Below, in pieces: positions 52,504-64,000 of a stretch of DNA of 64,000 nucleotides. The notes beneath the pieces are model-generated. The model had not been told where the DNA came from and did no database searches. It saw only the letters and a program-made list of their open reading frames with translations. This DNA is from Antedon mediterranea (Eukaryota > Animalia > Echinodermata). The stretch covers positions 20,225,237 through 20,289,236 of the forward strand of contig NC_092672.1 of assembly GCF_964355755.1 (NCBI RefSeq), written 5' to 3'. Numbering within the stretch: position 1 is the stretch's first letter; every line of letters starts with the position of its first letter. The translations under genes were made by a program, and so were the position numbers.

Positions 52504-54289
52504 CTTATTTCTTTCTCCCTCATTTTTGTGCCTCACGTATCTCAAAAACTTGTAAACATAACATTTCATAACTTTGTCAACATATGGGCATTTACGTGAA
52601 GTTGTGCACCTCCTATTTTTGAATGACGTCAGAGTAGCGCAACGTGACTTACGTGCGATTTTATGATTTTTTATGATTGATCATAGACTAAAAACCAAGC
52701 ATAAATTTCTTTTGACACTTTGTGAAAATTTAAGTCATATCAAGGGCAAACTTTTTGTGGATTAAAAATGCCATGTTTTACAAGACGTTACGCGCGCACG
52801 CGCATTTCTCCTCTATTTTTGTATCTCGCGTATCTCAAAAACGTGTAAACATAACATTTCATAACTTTGTCAACATATGGGCATTCACGTGAAGTTGTGC
52901 ACCTCCTATTGTGAATGACGTCAGAAATGCGCAACGTGACTTACGCACGATTTTATGAATTTCGCGTATTTAACATAGATTTAAAACCATATAACAATTT
53001 CAATTGAAACTTAGCAAAACTTTAATTTATATCATACGCTAACTTTTTGTGGAAAAAAATTTCGTGTTTTACACAAAGTTACGCGCGCACGCGCATTTAA
53101 AATTTAAAATGCGCAAAATTAATTTTTAATCAACTTTCTACGCTGATCACGACATTTTGACCATGTCAAAATTTCCCACGCGCGCGAACAATTTTATGCG
53201 CGTGGTGCGCACGTAGCGCTAAAAGTATTTTTTTTTTATTGAATTATGTTTTTCCAGCCTTTTATAGTAATTTTACAAATTTTAAAACAATTTCGACTTA
53301 CAATTACGTCATACGGGCACGTTGAATTGGATACTTTACGTGCGTTTTTGATGAAAAAGTTCAAAAATTTGTCAAAATTATGCCTTTTTTTAAACAGTCA
53401 TAGATTCTAAACAACGAGGTGAACTTTTTTTTAATTACATATTCTGGAAGTTGATGAGTTGTATAAATCGGATCATGAATCAATATGGCTAACCGGACAT
53501 TGTGACGTCATTGTATGGCCACACGAATGTAAAATATAGGATTTTTGTCTCTTTCGTTATTGCTCATCATATTCAATGGAGCGCATCACGCCTATCTGTA
53601 TTCCTTTTTCTCTGAGATTTTAATATTGTCTAGGTCAATCAACTATCTTACGCATGAGTTAAAAATATTTTAATTTTTATGACGTCACCATGCCTAAAAA
53701 TTTTAATTAACAGCGTCATTAATTTCATCTTTACAGTAAATTTTAATCTGTTATAGCTCGTAAGAATAAAATGTGATAATCACGATTAAAACGTTTTCAG
53801 GAAGCTATGGGATTGTAGATACGAAATCATGTGAACTTTTTGCCAATCAGATGTTGTGACGTCATCATATGGCCAGTTAAATAAACAAAGTCATATTTTC
53901 ATCTTTTGCGCCATAGTTCATTACATTTAAAAAAGCGCGCATTAATATTTCACGTATTCAAATTTCTTCTAAACGTTAATATGTTGTTGCTGAGATAATT
54001 TTCTTCCGAAATTACTACTGTACCTTCGCGTTTCCTTTTGAAAATTAAAATAAAATACGGGTCCCGTAATTTCACCTATTTTACACTGTTTGTGACATGT
54101 ATACAGATTATACTGTGTATACTATATGACAGAAAATATACAGCATTCAGCACTAACAACATATCATATTCTTCAGTTCAGGTCATAATGACATAATCTT
54201 TTTCGGTGTGCAATATTCCAACGTGACGTGCACGTGGCGTTTGTCGTGCGGATAACTAACTCGTCAAAGTGACGAGTTTCATGTCTAGT
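52426..54289 (+). mobile_element. Intact subfamily B copy (1.86 kb, one extra module)
   Basis: As previous, plus a ~390-bp segment at ~53710-54100. Confidence 0.85.
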
Positions 54290-56241
54290 TAGTTATCCGC
54301 TTAGTAGCGGATAACTCCTTGTAACTGTATGAAATCATCTTTTTCTGTATTATTCTTTCTTTCTGTCAATTTTGTGTCTCGCGTATCTCAAAAACTTGTA
54401 AACAAAACATTTTATAACTTTGTCAACATGTGGGCATTCACGTGAAATTGTGCACCTCCTATTGTGAATGACGTCAGAATTGCGCAACGTGATTTACGCG
54501 CGTTTTAACGAATTTCGCGTATTTAACATTGATCGAAAACCATATAGCAATTTAAATTGAAACTTAACAAAAGTTTAATTTATATCTCGCGCTAACTGAC
54601 TGTGGAAAAAAAATGGCATGTTTCACACGAAGTTACGCGCGCACGGGCGTTTAAAATTTCAAAATGCGAAAAATCAATTTCTAATCAACTTTCTACGCGT
54701 TTCATGTCATTTTGAGCAAGTCAAAAAATCCCACGCGCGTGCATATTTTTACTCGCACGGTGCGCACGTAGCGTTGAAAATAAATTTTTTTCGCGTGATT
54801 CATGTTTTTCCAGCCTTTTCTAGTAATTTTACCAACTTTTGAACAATTTTGACCTAAAATTACGTCATACGGGCACATCCAATTGGATAATTTACGTGCG
54901 TTTTTGATGGAAAAGTTCAAAAATTTGTCCAAATTCGTCAAAATTATGCCTTTTTTTAAACATTCATAGATTCTAAACTACGAGGTGAACTTTTTAAAAA
55001 TTATATATTCTGGAAGTTGATGAGTTGTAGATATGGAATCATGCATTAATATGGCTAATCGGACATTATAAGGTCATCGTATGGCCACGCGAATATAAAA
55101 TATAGGATTTAATTTAATAGAGCGCATCTCCACTTATCCGTTTTTTATTTTCACCCCGATTTTGATATTGTCTTGGTGAACGAACTATCTTTCGCATGAG
55201 TTAAAAATATTTTAATTTTGATGACGTCATCATGTCGAAAATTGTAAATAACGTGGGTGACTTATTTTCATCTTTACAGTAAATTTCAATCTGTTATAGC
55301 TCACAGCTGTTTCAACTAGTGTTAAGATATCAGAAAAAGTCAAGCGCCCTCAGTGTTAGCAGACGAGGCTCCCCCGAGTCGCGCGGACATATAATTTTTG
55401 TTTACAAACCATTATTTCGCGAACGCCAAATTAAATTTCGCTATCGTGAGTTTTTATGTAGTAAAAACATTTTATACAAAACTAAACGATTAAAAGTGTA
55501 TGTTCAATTAAAAAATAAATATTTGATTGTTTCTTTACTATAAATTAATAAATAAACGACGATATTGTCCATTTTACTGAAATACTCTCCCGCACATAAA
55601 CCAGGAAGTTGAGATAAACTGTGTAATGAAATAGTAAACAATCGTAAGTAGAAAATATCATTGTATTCTTTACTTTTTTTGTGGATATAATTCATTTTTT
55701 TAGAAAAAGAACGAATTAGAATATAGTCCATCATTATTATATAAACAAAATAATACTAGTTTTGTTAATATAGCCTGGTTCAGTTTTTAGTAAAACTCGC
55801 ATATTTTGCAACCCTTTTATACATTGTTATTGTTATCGGCGAGAAAACGGTTTGGCGATAGGCTTAGAAAGTGCGTTGACGCCCGCGATGACCGTGACAG
55901 TAATGTGGGCCTAGAATGAAGCTAGGCCGAAACATAGAAAATTCATAATAGTTAAACCTTTAATTACCATAATCCTAAATGTAATCATTATAACTGTTAC
56001 CAAATAATTAATGGCATGTGTTTATAATAATAATTATTGCTTTCCTGGTGCATTTTTAGGCTAGCTGGTGGGACTGAGTGACAGTCACAGCCTAGGCTAG
56101 GCCTTAATATTAATACATTTTTACAGCATAATAATGGTTTAATATTTTGGCTATTAGCTCTCTTGTTTGGATTTGTTTGGATACAAAACTGTTTGGACAC
56201 AAAACTGTACTGTAGATTTAAAAATTGATTTATTTTTAAAG

Positions 56242-57435
56242 GAAAGTACAGTTGCATCTATTGTTTTTGTAATCAAGATGACATCAGAACCAACAATGTT
56301 CCTCAAGCCTGTAGATATCTCAAGGCCTACAAGTCTTTTGTAGACCATGGCAGTGAACAAAAAGAAGCAAAACAATATCGCACAGCGTTGTTAGACCATA
56401 CCTGGTAGACATTGAATTAAACAGGGTAGGTAAATAATCATAACCACCTCATTAGAAAGTTTAATACACACTCCAAACAATGAAATGTGTGTTTGTACTT
56501 CATATTATTTATTAAAGAACAATGTTAGTATAAAATAACTGTCGAAACAAACAATTGTTACAGTAATTTATAAATATACCTCTTTTCTTTATTAAATATT
56601 CCCTCAATCAACTATTTTTCCAGGTGTCAATATGTTATAATATTCAACATGCGACAGGATGCTGACATCTTGACTGGTAAATTCAAATGTTGTTTCAACT
56701 TTACATTGACATTACATAATACCTCAATTGGTCAAGTTGCTCTTTAAATATACATTGTCCCTTTGAGCATAGAATTTCAAAATTGTTTATCCTATTTTTA
56801 TGCATAATAAAGCAAACCTTTGGCTGGAACTTATTTTCCTATGAATTATCCATATATTATCACTATCTGCTACAAGAAATAGTTGTTAACATTTTTAAAA
56901 TATAATAATTTTGATGCTCATTTTTTATGCAGATTGACATTTATTTGGTTGACCAATATTGTTTAATCTCAGGTGATCATCTAGCAGAAAGAGAAAATCA
57001 GAAGCTGCAGCACATTTACATGCTACAAAGTACAATGATTAAAATCCAGTCTTTAGAAGAGAATCTTGAGCATTTAAGAAATGAACTCTCAGTGTCACTT
57101 GTAACAAAACAGCATAGTAAGATTGCAGAGACTGGCCACAGAATAAATCTAAAAGAACAAGAGGTCAAAGACTTGGTCAGTCCTACATTATACACCTTTA
57201 AAATTATGTCTAAAACATGCAAATACTATAAAAATTAATGCCATATTTCTTTTATATATTTTATATAGCGAACTACTATGAACCAAGAGATTTGAAACTG
57301 GACCTCTATGTACAAAAATGGACGAGGTATTTAGAAAAAATAAATTCCTCGACAGCAGTACCATGGAAAAAGTTTTGTGGGAAATCATGAAGTCACATCT
57401 GACGTTTATTTCACCTGAGATCCAGCATGAAGTAA
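56242..57435 (+). pseudogene. Spliced Chapaev-like transposase remnant (exons ~56242-56425, 56624-56676, 56973-57175, 57269-~57435)
   Basis: GKYSCIYC...FVDHG...EAKQY/VVRPYLVDIELNR; coiled-coil exon; GPLCTKMDEVF.../IPRQQYHGKSFVGNH (57344-57388); GT-AG borders; frameshifts and deletions. Confidence 0.7.
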
Positions 57436-57631
57436 CTAGGCCGGTAACTAAGTGGAGAAAAGTTGAGGAATAGTTTGCTATTTCTCAGTTAATTGTTACA
57501 GTATTGCATATTATTATGTACAGTATACTGTATGAATGGTAGTATTTTTGTGTGTTATTGCTAGAACAATGATTTTGAAAATATTTAACAAATGGTATAT
57601 GAATTGTAATTGAATTTAATTTTTGGGAAGC

Positions 57632-58541
57632 TATTTAATTTTAATTTGGTTTATATATATTATTGATTGATAACGGAAATTGATGTTATTTAGTGATTTA
57701 GATTGTGATTGCATATATAATACAATACAAATATGAAAGAAATATGCATTTATAATTAAATATCTAATGTCACAGTACTCTATAGCTTCTTTCTATTAAT
57801 ATATTACAGATCTTTGACTAAGACATGCTAGGTAGGCTGCTAGTCTTTAACCTGCTGATGATGTAGCCTAGCCTATATAGTATAGGCCTAGCTAGGCCTG
57901 TAACCTGGCCTACTCTGTACTCCTCTCTCCCAATATGAATGATTATTAAAAAAGCTTAGGCCTAGGCTAGGCCTAATTTTTAATGAGAACCAGGAACAAG
58001 TAATTAATCAGCTTTATAACAGGTCAACTGTCACTCAGGCCCCCGAATATACATGTTTACGTGTTAAAAATAAACAGTTATTTTATTTTAATTTGGTTTA
58101 TATATTAATAATTATTTATTGATAACGGAAATTGATGTTATTTACTGATTTAGATTGTGATTGCATATCAAAATAATAAATATACAATACAAATATGAAA
58201 GAAATATGCATTTATGATTAAATATCTAATGTCACAGTACTCTATAGCTTCTTTCTATTAATATATTACAGATCTTTGACTAAGACATGCTAGGTAGGCT
58301 GCTAGCCTTTAACCTGCTGATGATGTAGCCTAGCCTATTATATAATATAGGCCTAGCTAGGCCTGTAGCCTGGCCTACTCTGTACTCCTCTCCCAATATG
58401 AATGATTATTAAAAAAGCTTAGGCCTAGACTAGGCCTAATTTTTAATTAGGACCAGGAACAAGTAATTAATCAGCTTTATAACAGGTCAACTGTCACTCA
58501 GGCCCCCCGAATATACATGTTTACGTGTTAAAAATAAACAG
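57632..58541. repeat. Tandem duplication of ~447 bp inside the Chapaev element
   Basis: ATTTTAATTTGGTTTATATAT at 57638 and 58085, both units ending GTGTTAAAAATAAACAG. Confidence 0.9.
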
Positions 58542-61500
58542 CCATTAGTCTTACACAGCTGGTTTTAACCACGCAAGGGGCCTGGGCATAGCCTATTATA
58601 AGCTAGCATAGGAAAAAATCCAGCCAGGCAATATGAATACGATCCTTGTTAAAACATTCAAGGATAACTAAAGTATCCAACTAAATCAAAGAATTCAACA
58701 GAAAAAATTATTTTTAAACTGAGATGGAAAACAACATTTATACCTACTTTTTAAATGTATCACTTGAGAAAAAAACTGGCGTTGGGTGTACAATTTTCAA
58801 TTACATTACCTCTTAAAATCCACGTGATAAAACGACGACAACATGTTTTTCACCTTCATCCAGGGTTGTTCTAATGAATATTCATTATTTTTCTGACTTT
58901 CGCGGTCTTTATTTGTTTTTATTGGCTATTAAAAAACAGTCGTTTTATGCTTGATTGCTTCCGGGTTCCTCATGTGGTTTGTATACAATATGTTTTCGGA
59001 ATCGCTACTCCATAAAACGCTATGAAACGTTGGGGGCGCTGCACTTAATTCATATTTCTGGAACAGCTGTGAGCTCATCAGAATAAAAAGTGATAATCAT
59101 GATTAAAACGTTTTCTGGAAGCTAAGGGATTGTAGATACGAATTCATGTAAACATTTTGCCAATCGGATATTGTGACGTCATCATATGGCCAGTTGAATA
59201 AAAAAAGGCGTATTTTCATATTTTGCGTATTATTTCATCACATTTAAAAGGGCGCGCATCTATATTTTACGTATTCAAATTTCTTCTACTCGCTAATATG
59301 TTGTTGCTGAGATAATATCCTTCCGAAATTGTTATTTTAGTGTTTCATTTTGATACCGTCGCCATGTTAAAAAATGGAATAAATGGCGGGTCCCGTAATT
59401 TCACCTATTCTACACTGTATGTAATATGTATACAGATTATACTGTTTATACTGTACTATATGACACAAAATTGATAGAATTCAGCACTAACAACATATTA
59501 TATTCTTCAGATCAGGTCATAATGCCATAATCTTTTTCTGTGTGCAAAATTCTAACGCATGACGTGCACGTGGCGTTTGTCGTGCGGATAACTAACTCGT
59601 CAAAGTGACGAGTTTCATGTCTAGTTCTTCTTTCTTTCTCCTCCATTTTTGTGTCTTGCGTATCTCAAAAACTTGTAAATATAACATTTTATAACTTTGT
59701 CAACATATGGGCATTTACGTGAAGTTGTGCACCTCCTATTTTTGAATGACGTCAGAGTTGCGCAACGTGACTTACGTGCGATTTTATGATTTTTTATGAT
59801 TGATCATAGGCTAAAAACTAAGCATAATTTTGTTTTGACACTTTCTGAAAATTTAAGTCATATCAAGGGCAAACTTTTTGTGGATTAAAAATGCCATATT
59901 TTACAAGACGTTACGCGCACACGCGCATTTCTCCTCTATTTTTGTGTCTCGCTTATATCAAAAATGTGTAAACATAACATTTCATAACTTTGTCAACATA
60001 TGGGCATTCACGTGAAGTTGTGCACCTACTATTGTGAATGACGTCAGAAATGCGTAACGTGACTTACGCGTGATTTTATGAATTTCCCGTATTTAACATC
60101 GATTGAAAACCAAATAACAATTTATGTTGAAACTTAGCAAAAGTTTAATTTATATCTTGCGCTAACTTTTTGTGCACTAAAAATAGCATGTTTTACACGA
60201 AGATACGCGCGCACGCGCATTTAAAATTTAAAATGCTCAAAATTAATTTCTAATCAACTTTCTACGCTGATCATGACATTTTGAGCATGTCTAAAATTCC
60301 CACGCGCGCGAACAATTTTGCACGCGTGGTCCGCACGTAGCGCTAAAAACATCTTTTTTTTGCGTGAATTATGTTTTTCCAGCCTTTTATAGTAATTTTA
60401 TCAAATTTTAAAACAATTTAGACTTAAAATTACGTCATACGAGCACGTCGAATTATACAATTTGTGCGTGTTTTTAATGAAAAAATTCAAAAATTCGTCA
60501 AAATTATGCCTTTTTTTAAACAATCATAGATTCTAAACTACGAGGCAAACTTTTTTTTACTTACATATTCTGAAAGGTGATGAGTTGTAGATATCGGATC
60601 ATTAATCAATATGGCTAACCGGACATTGTGACATCATCGTATGGCCACACGAATGTAAAATATATGATTTTTGTCTCTTTCGTTTATTGCTCATCACATT
60701 AAATGGAGCGCATCATGCTTATCTGTATTCCTTTTTCTCCGAGATTTTAATATTGTCTAGGTCAATCTACTATCTTATGCATGTGTTAAAAATATTTAAT
60801 TGTTATGACATCATCCATGCCTAAAAATTTAAATTACGTGTATACAGATTATACTGTGTACTTTAAAATGTATATACTATATGACACAAAATAGACAGGA
60901 TTTAGCACTAACAACATATCATATTCTTCAGTTCAGGTCATAATGCCATAATCTTTTTCTGTGTGCAACATTCCAACGTATGACGTGCACGTGGCGTTTG
61001 TCGAGCGGATAACTAACTCGTCAAAGTGACGAGTTACATGTCTAGTTCTTCTTTCTTTCCCGGATTTTTGTTGCAGCTATATCTCAAATGTTTGTAGACA
61101 TAACTTTGTATAACTTTGTCATAAGATTGACCTGTAGCTGTAGATATGCAGGAAACTTTGTTATATGACGTTAGAGTCGCGTAGCGTAAGTAACGCGCGA
61201 TTTTATGAATTTCAATGATTGGTCATAGATTATAAACCAAAAGTCATTTTGTATTGACACTTGGTGAAAATTTAAGTCATATCAAGGGCAAACTTTCTAT
61301 GGATTAAAAATGGCATGTTTCACAAGAAGTTACGCGCGCACGCGCATTTAAAATTTCAAAATGCGCAAAATTTATTTCTAATCAACTTTCTACGCTGATC
61401 ATGACATTTTGAGCATGTCAAAAATTCCCGCGCGCGCGAACAAATTTACGCGTATGGTGCACACGGAGCATGAAAATCATGTTTTTTTCTCTTGAATTAT

Positions 61501-62209
61501 GATTTTCCAACCTTTCCTAGTCATTTTAAAAAAGATTGACATCATTTGAAATTAAAATGACGTCATACGAACACGTTGATTTATACCATTTGCGCGCGTT
61601 TTAGTTGAAAAAGTTATAAATATTGTCAAAATAATGCCAATTTTGAATCTATTATAGCTCCTCAGGATCATCCACGACCCCCAATTTTTTTAATTTTATA
61701 TGTAAGTAGATATGTTGTAGATATGAATTCATGCAGAATCTTTACCCCTAGGATGTTATAACGTCATCGTATGGCCACACGAATGTAAAATATAGGGTTT
61801 TTTACTCTTTCGTTATTGCTCATCACATTAAATAGAGCGCATCTCACTTTTACGTTCCCAAAATTCTTCAAATTTGTTTTAATGTAATTATTTAGATAAT
61901 TATCTTCTAAAGTGGTTATCTTTATATGTCAATTTGATGATGTCATCGTGTTAATAATTGGATTTAAAAGATGGGTCTCGTAATTCCGTCTATGCTACAC
62001 TGTATATAACATATATACAGTTTATTCTGTAAAATACTGTAAAATATGGTGTATGCTACATAATAGGTACAATTCAGCACTGTAAACATTTTTATTTCAT
62101 GTCAAAGGATGGCATAATAATTGTCGAGGTTCATATAGTTTAAAGTACGTGCATGTTGCGTATGCGCGGATAACCCGAACTCGTCAAAGTGACGAGTTCA
62201 AGTCTAGTT

Positions 62210-63802
62210 GGTTATCCGCAACTTTAAGTTGCGGATAACCCTTGTGATTGTAAATATCTTTTTCTTCATCATCTTCTTTGTTATTCTTCTTTCTTTCCCG
62301 GATTTTTGTGACCAGCATATATCTATTGCTTGTGAACATAACTTTGTATAACTTTGTCAAAAGATTGACCTGTAGCTGTAGATGTGCAAGAAACTTCGTT
62401 ATATGACGTTAGAGTCGCGCAGCGTGAGTTACGCGCGATTTTATGAATTTAAATGGTTGATTATAGATTATAAACCAAAAGTCATTATATATTGACACTT
62501 TGTGAAAATTTAAGTTAAATTAAGGGCAAACTTTCTATGGATTAAAAATGACATGTTTCACAAGAAGTTACGCGCGCACGCGCATTTAAAATTTAAAAAT
62601 GCGCAAAATTAATTTCTAATCAACTTTCTACGCTGATCATGACATTTTGAGCATGTCAAAAATTCCCACGCGCGCGAAAAAAATTACGCGTAAGGTGCGC
62701 ACGGAGCACGAAAATCATGTGTTTTTCTCTTGAATTATGATTTGACAGTCTTTCCTAGTTATTTTAAAAAAGATTGACATCATTTCAAATTAAAATGACG
62801 TCATACGAACACGTTGATTTACACCATTTGCGCGCGTTTTAGTTGCAAAAGTGACAACATAATGTCAAAATTAAGCTTATTTTTAATCTATTATAGCTCC
62901 TCAGGATCAACCGTTACCCCCAATTTTTTTAATTTAATATGTAAGCAGATATGTTGTAGATATGAATTCATGCAGAATCTTTACCACTCGGATGTTATGA
63001 CGTCATCGTATGGCCACACGAATGTAAAATATTGGATTTTTGACTGTTTCGCTATTGCTCATCACATTCAACAAAGCGCATCTCGCTTATACGTATTCCA
63101 TTTCCCCCGAAATTGTAATATTGTCTACGTCAATCAACTATCTTTCGCATGAATTAAAAATTTTTTAATTTTTATGACGTCATCATGTCTAAAAACGTAA
63201 ATAACTTGGGTCACTTATTTTCATCTTTACAGTAAATTTCAATCTGTTATAGCTCGTCAGATTAAAAAGTGATAATCATGATTAAAACGTTTTCTGGAAG
63301 CTATTGGATTTTAGATACGAATTGATGTGAATATTTTGCCAATCAGATGTTGTGACGTCATCATATGGCCAGTTGAATTCAAAAAGTCATATTTTCATCT
63401 CTTGCGTCAAAGTTCATTGCGTTTAAACGAGAGCGCATCTCACTTTTACGTTCCCAAAATTCTTCAAATTTGTTTTAATGTAATTATTTAGATAATTATC
63501 TTCTAAAATGGTTATCTTTATATGTCAATTTGATGATGTCATTGTGTTAATAATTGGATTTAAAAGATGGGTCTCGTAATTTCGTCTATGCTACACTGTA
63601 TATAACATATATACACTTTATTCTGTAAAATACTGTAATATGGTGTATGCTACATAATAGGTACAATTCAGCACTGTAAACATATTTATTTCATGTCAAA
63701 GGATGGCATAATAATTGTCGAGGTTCATATAGTTTAAAGTATGTGCATGTTGCGTATGCGCGGATAACCCGAACTCGTCAAAGTGACGAGTTCAAATCTA
63801 GT
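62210..63802 (+). mobile_element. Intact subfamily C copy (1.59 kb)
   Basis: Head loop AACTTTAAGTT; A-like 5' and 3' parts with a B-like middle module; complete tail. Confidence 0.85.
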
Positions 63803-64000
63803 TTTTGTCAGGATCTTTTTTTTTTTTTTTTTTTTTGGGGTTATCCGCAACTTTAAGTTGCGGATAACCCTTGTGATTGTAAATATCTTTTTCTTCATCA
63901 TCTTCTTTGTTATTAGTTATCCGCTTAGTAGCGGATAACTGCTTGTAATCGTCCTGTTACTTTTTTTTTTTTTTTTCTTATTTCTTTCTCCCTCATTTTT

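Larger units (their letters stand above)
55302..59071 (+). mobile_element. Internally deleted Chapaev (CMC)-type DNA transposon, 3770 bp
   Basis: CACAGCTGTT...AACAGCTGTG termini; 4-bp TSD AGCT at 55298-55301 and 59072-59075; transposase remnants inside. Confidence 0.85.
54291..59625 (+). mobile_element. Subfamily B-related copy interrupted by a Chapaev element
   Basis: Body breaks at CTGTTATAGCT and resumes CATCAGAATAAAAAGTG; empty-site equivalents at ~53750 and ~63250. Confidence 0.85.
50871..61046 (+). mobile_element. Subfamily B copy split in two: 50871-50942 and 59626-61046
   Basis: Orphan head followed by three complete elements, then a headless B body with tail. Confidence 0.8.
50802..62208 (+). 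mobile_element. Subfamily A copy split in two: 50802-50870 and 61047-62208
   Basis: Leader breaks after CATCTTTATT and resumes CTTCTTTCTTTCCCGGATTTTTG at 61048, matching the intact copy. Confidence 0.85.
49475..64000 (+). mobile_element. Nested/tandem cluster of non-autonomous Helentron (HINE)-like elements
   Basis: Heads RGTTATCCGC-loop-GCGGATAA at 49475, 49548, 49580, 50802, 50871, 50943, 52426, 54291, 62210, 63839, 63915; tails GCGGATAAC-AACTCGTCAAAGTGACGAGTT-CTAGT ending 50800, 52419, 54289, 59625, 61046, 62208, 63802. Confidence 0.85.

Noticed and set aside
55302-59071. RAG1/2-like (ProtoRAG) or Transib transposon
   Set aside because: TSD is 4 bp, not 5 bp; no RAG2-like ORF; motifs fit Chapaev better

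Overview
AT-rich eukaryotic (metazoan) genomic DNA, probably from a marine invertebrate. An echinoderm is my inference from the abundant TAGGCCTA motifs and the transposon repertoire. The only host-gene sequence I can support is three 99-bp phase-0 exons on + (9178, 22696, 33023), each encoding one ankyrin repeat; the last two lie in a tandem segmental duplication. The rest is intronic or intergenic repeat: a nearly full-length degenerate CR1 LINE, a Daphne/Crack-like LINE, three Rex/Babar-like fragments, a solo LTR, tRNA-like SINE heads, many MITEs (P-like, Kolobok-like, Harbinger-like, and a 3.35-kb Academ-like foldback), several satellites and a Penelope-type minimal hammerhead ribozyme. 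The most striking structure runs from 49475 to the window end. It is a >14.5-kb same-orientation nested cluster of non-coding Helentron/HINE-like elements (11 heads, 7 tails) that repeatedly insert into each other's T-rich leader or directly behind each other's 3' CTAGT. One member carries a 3.77-kb Chapaev-type transposon with a spliced transposase remnant and bipartite ends whose spacers differ by exactly 10 bp. All calls were made by eye, and family names come from structural hallmarks rather than database searches.
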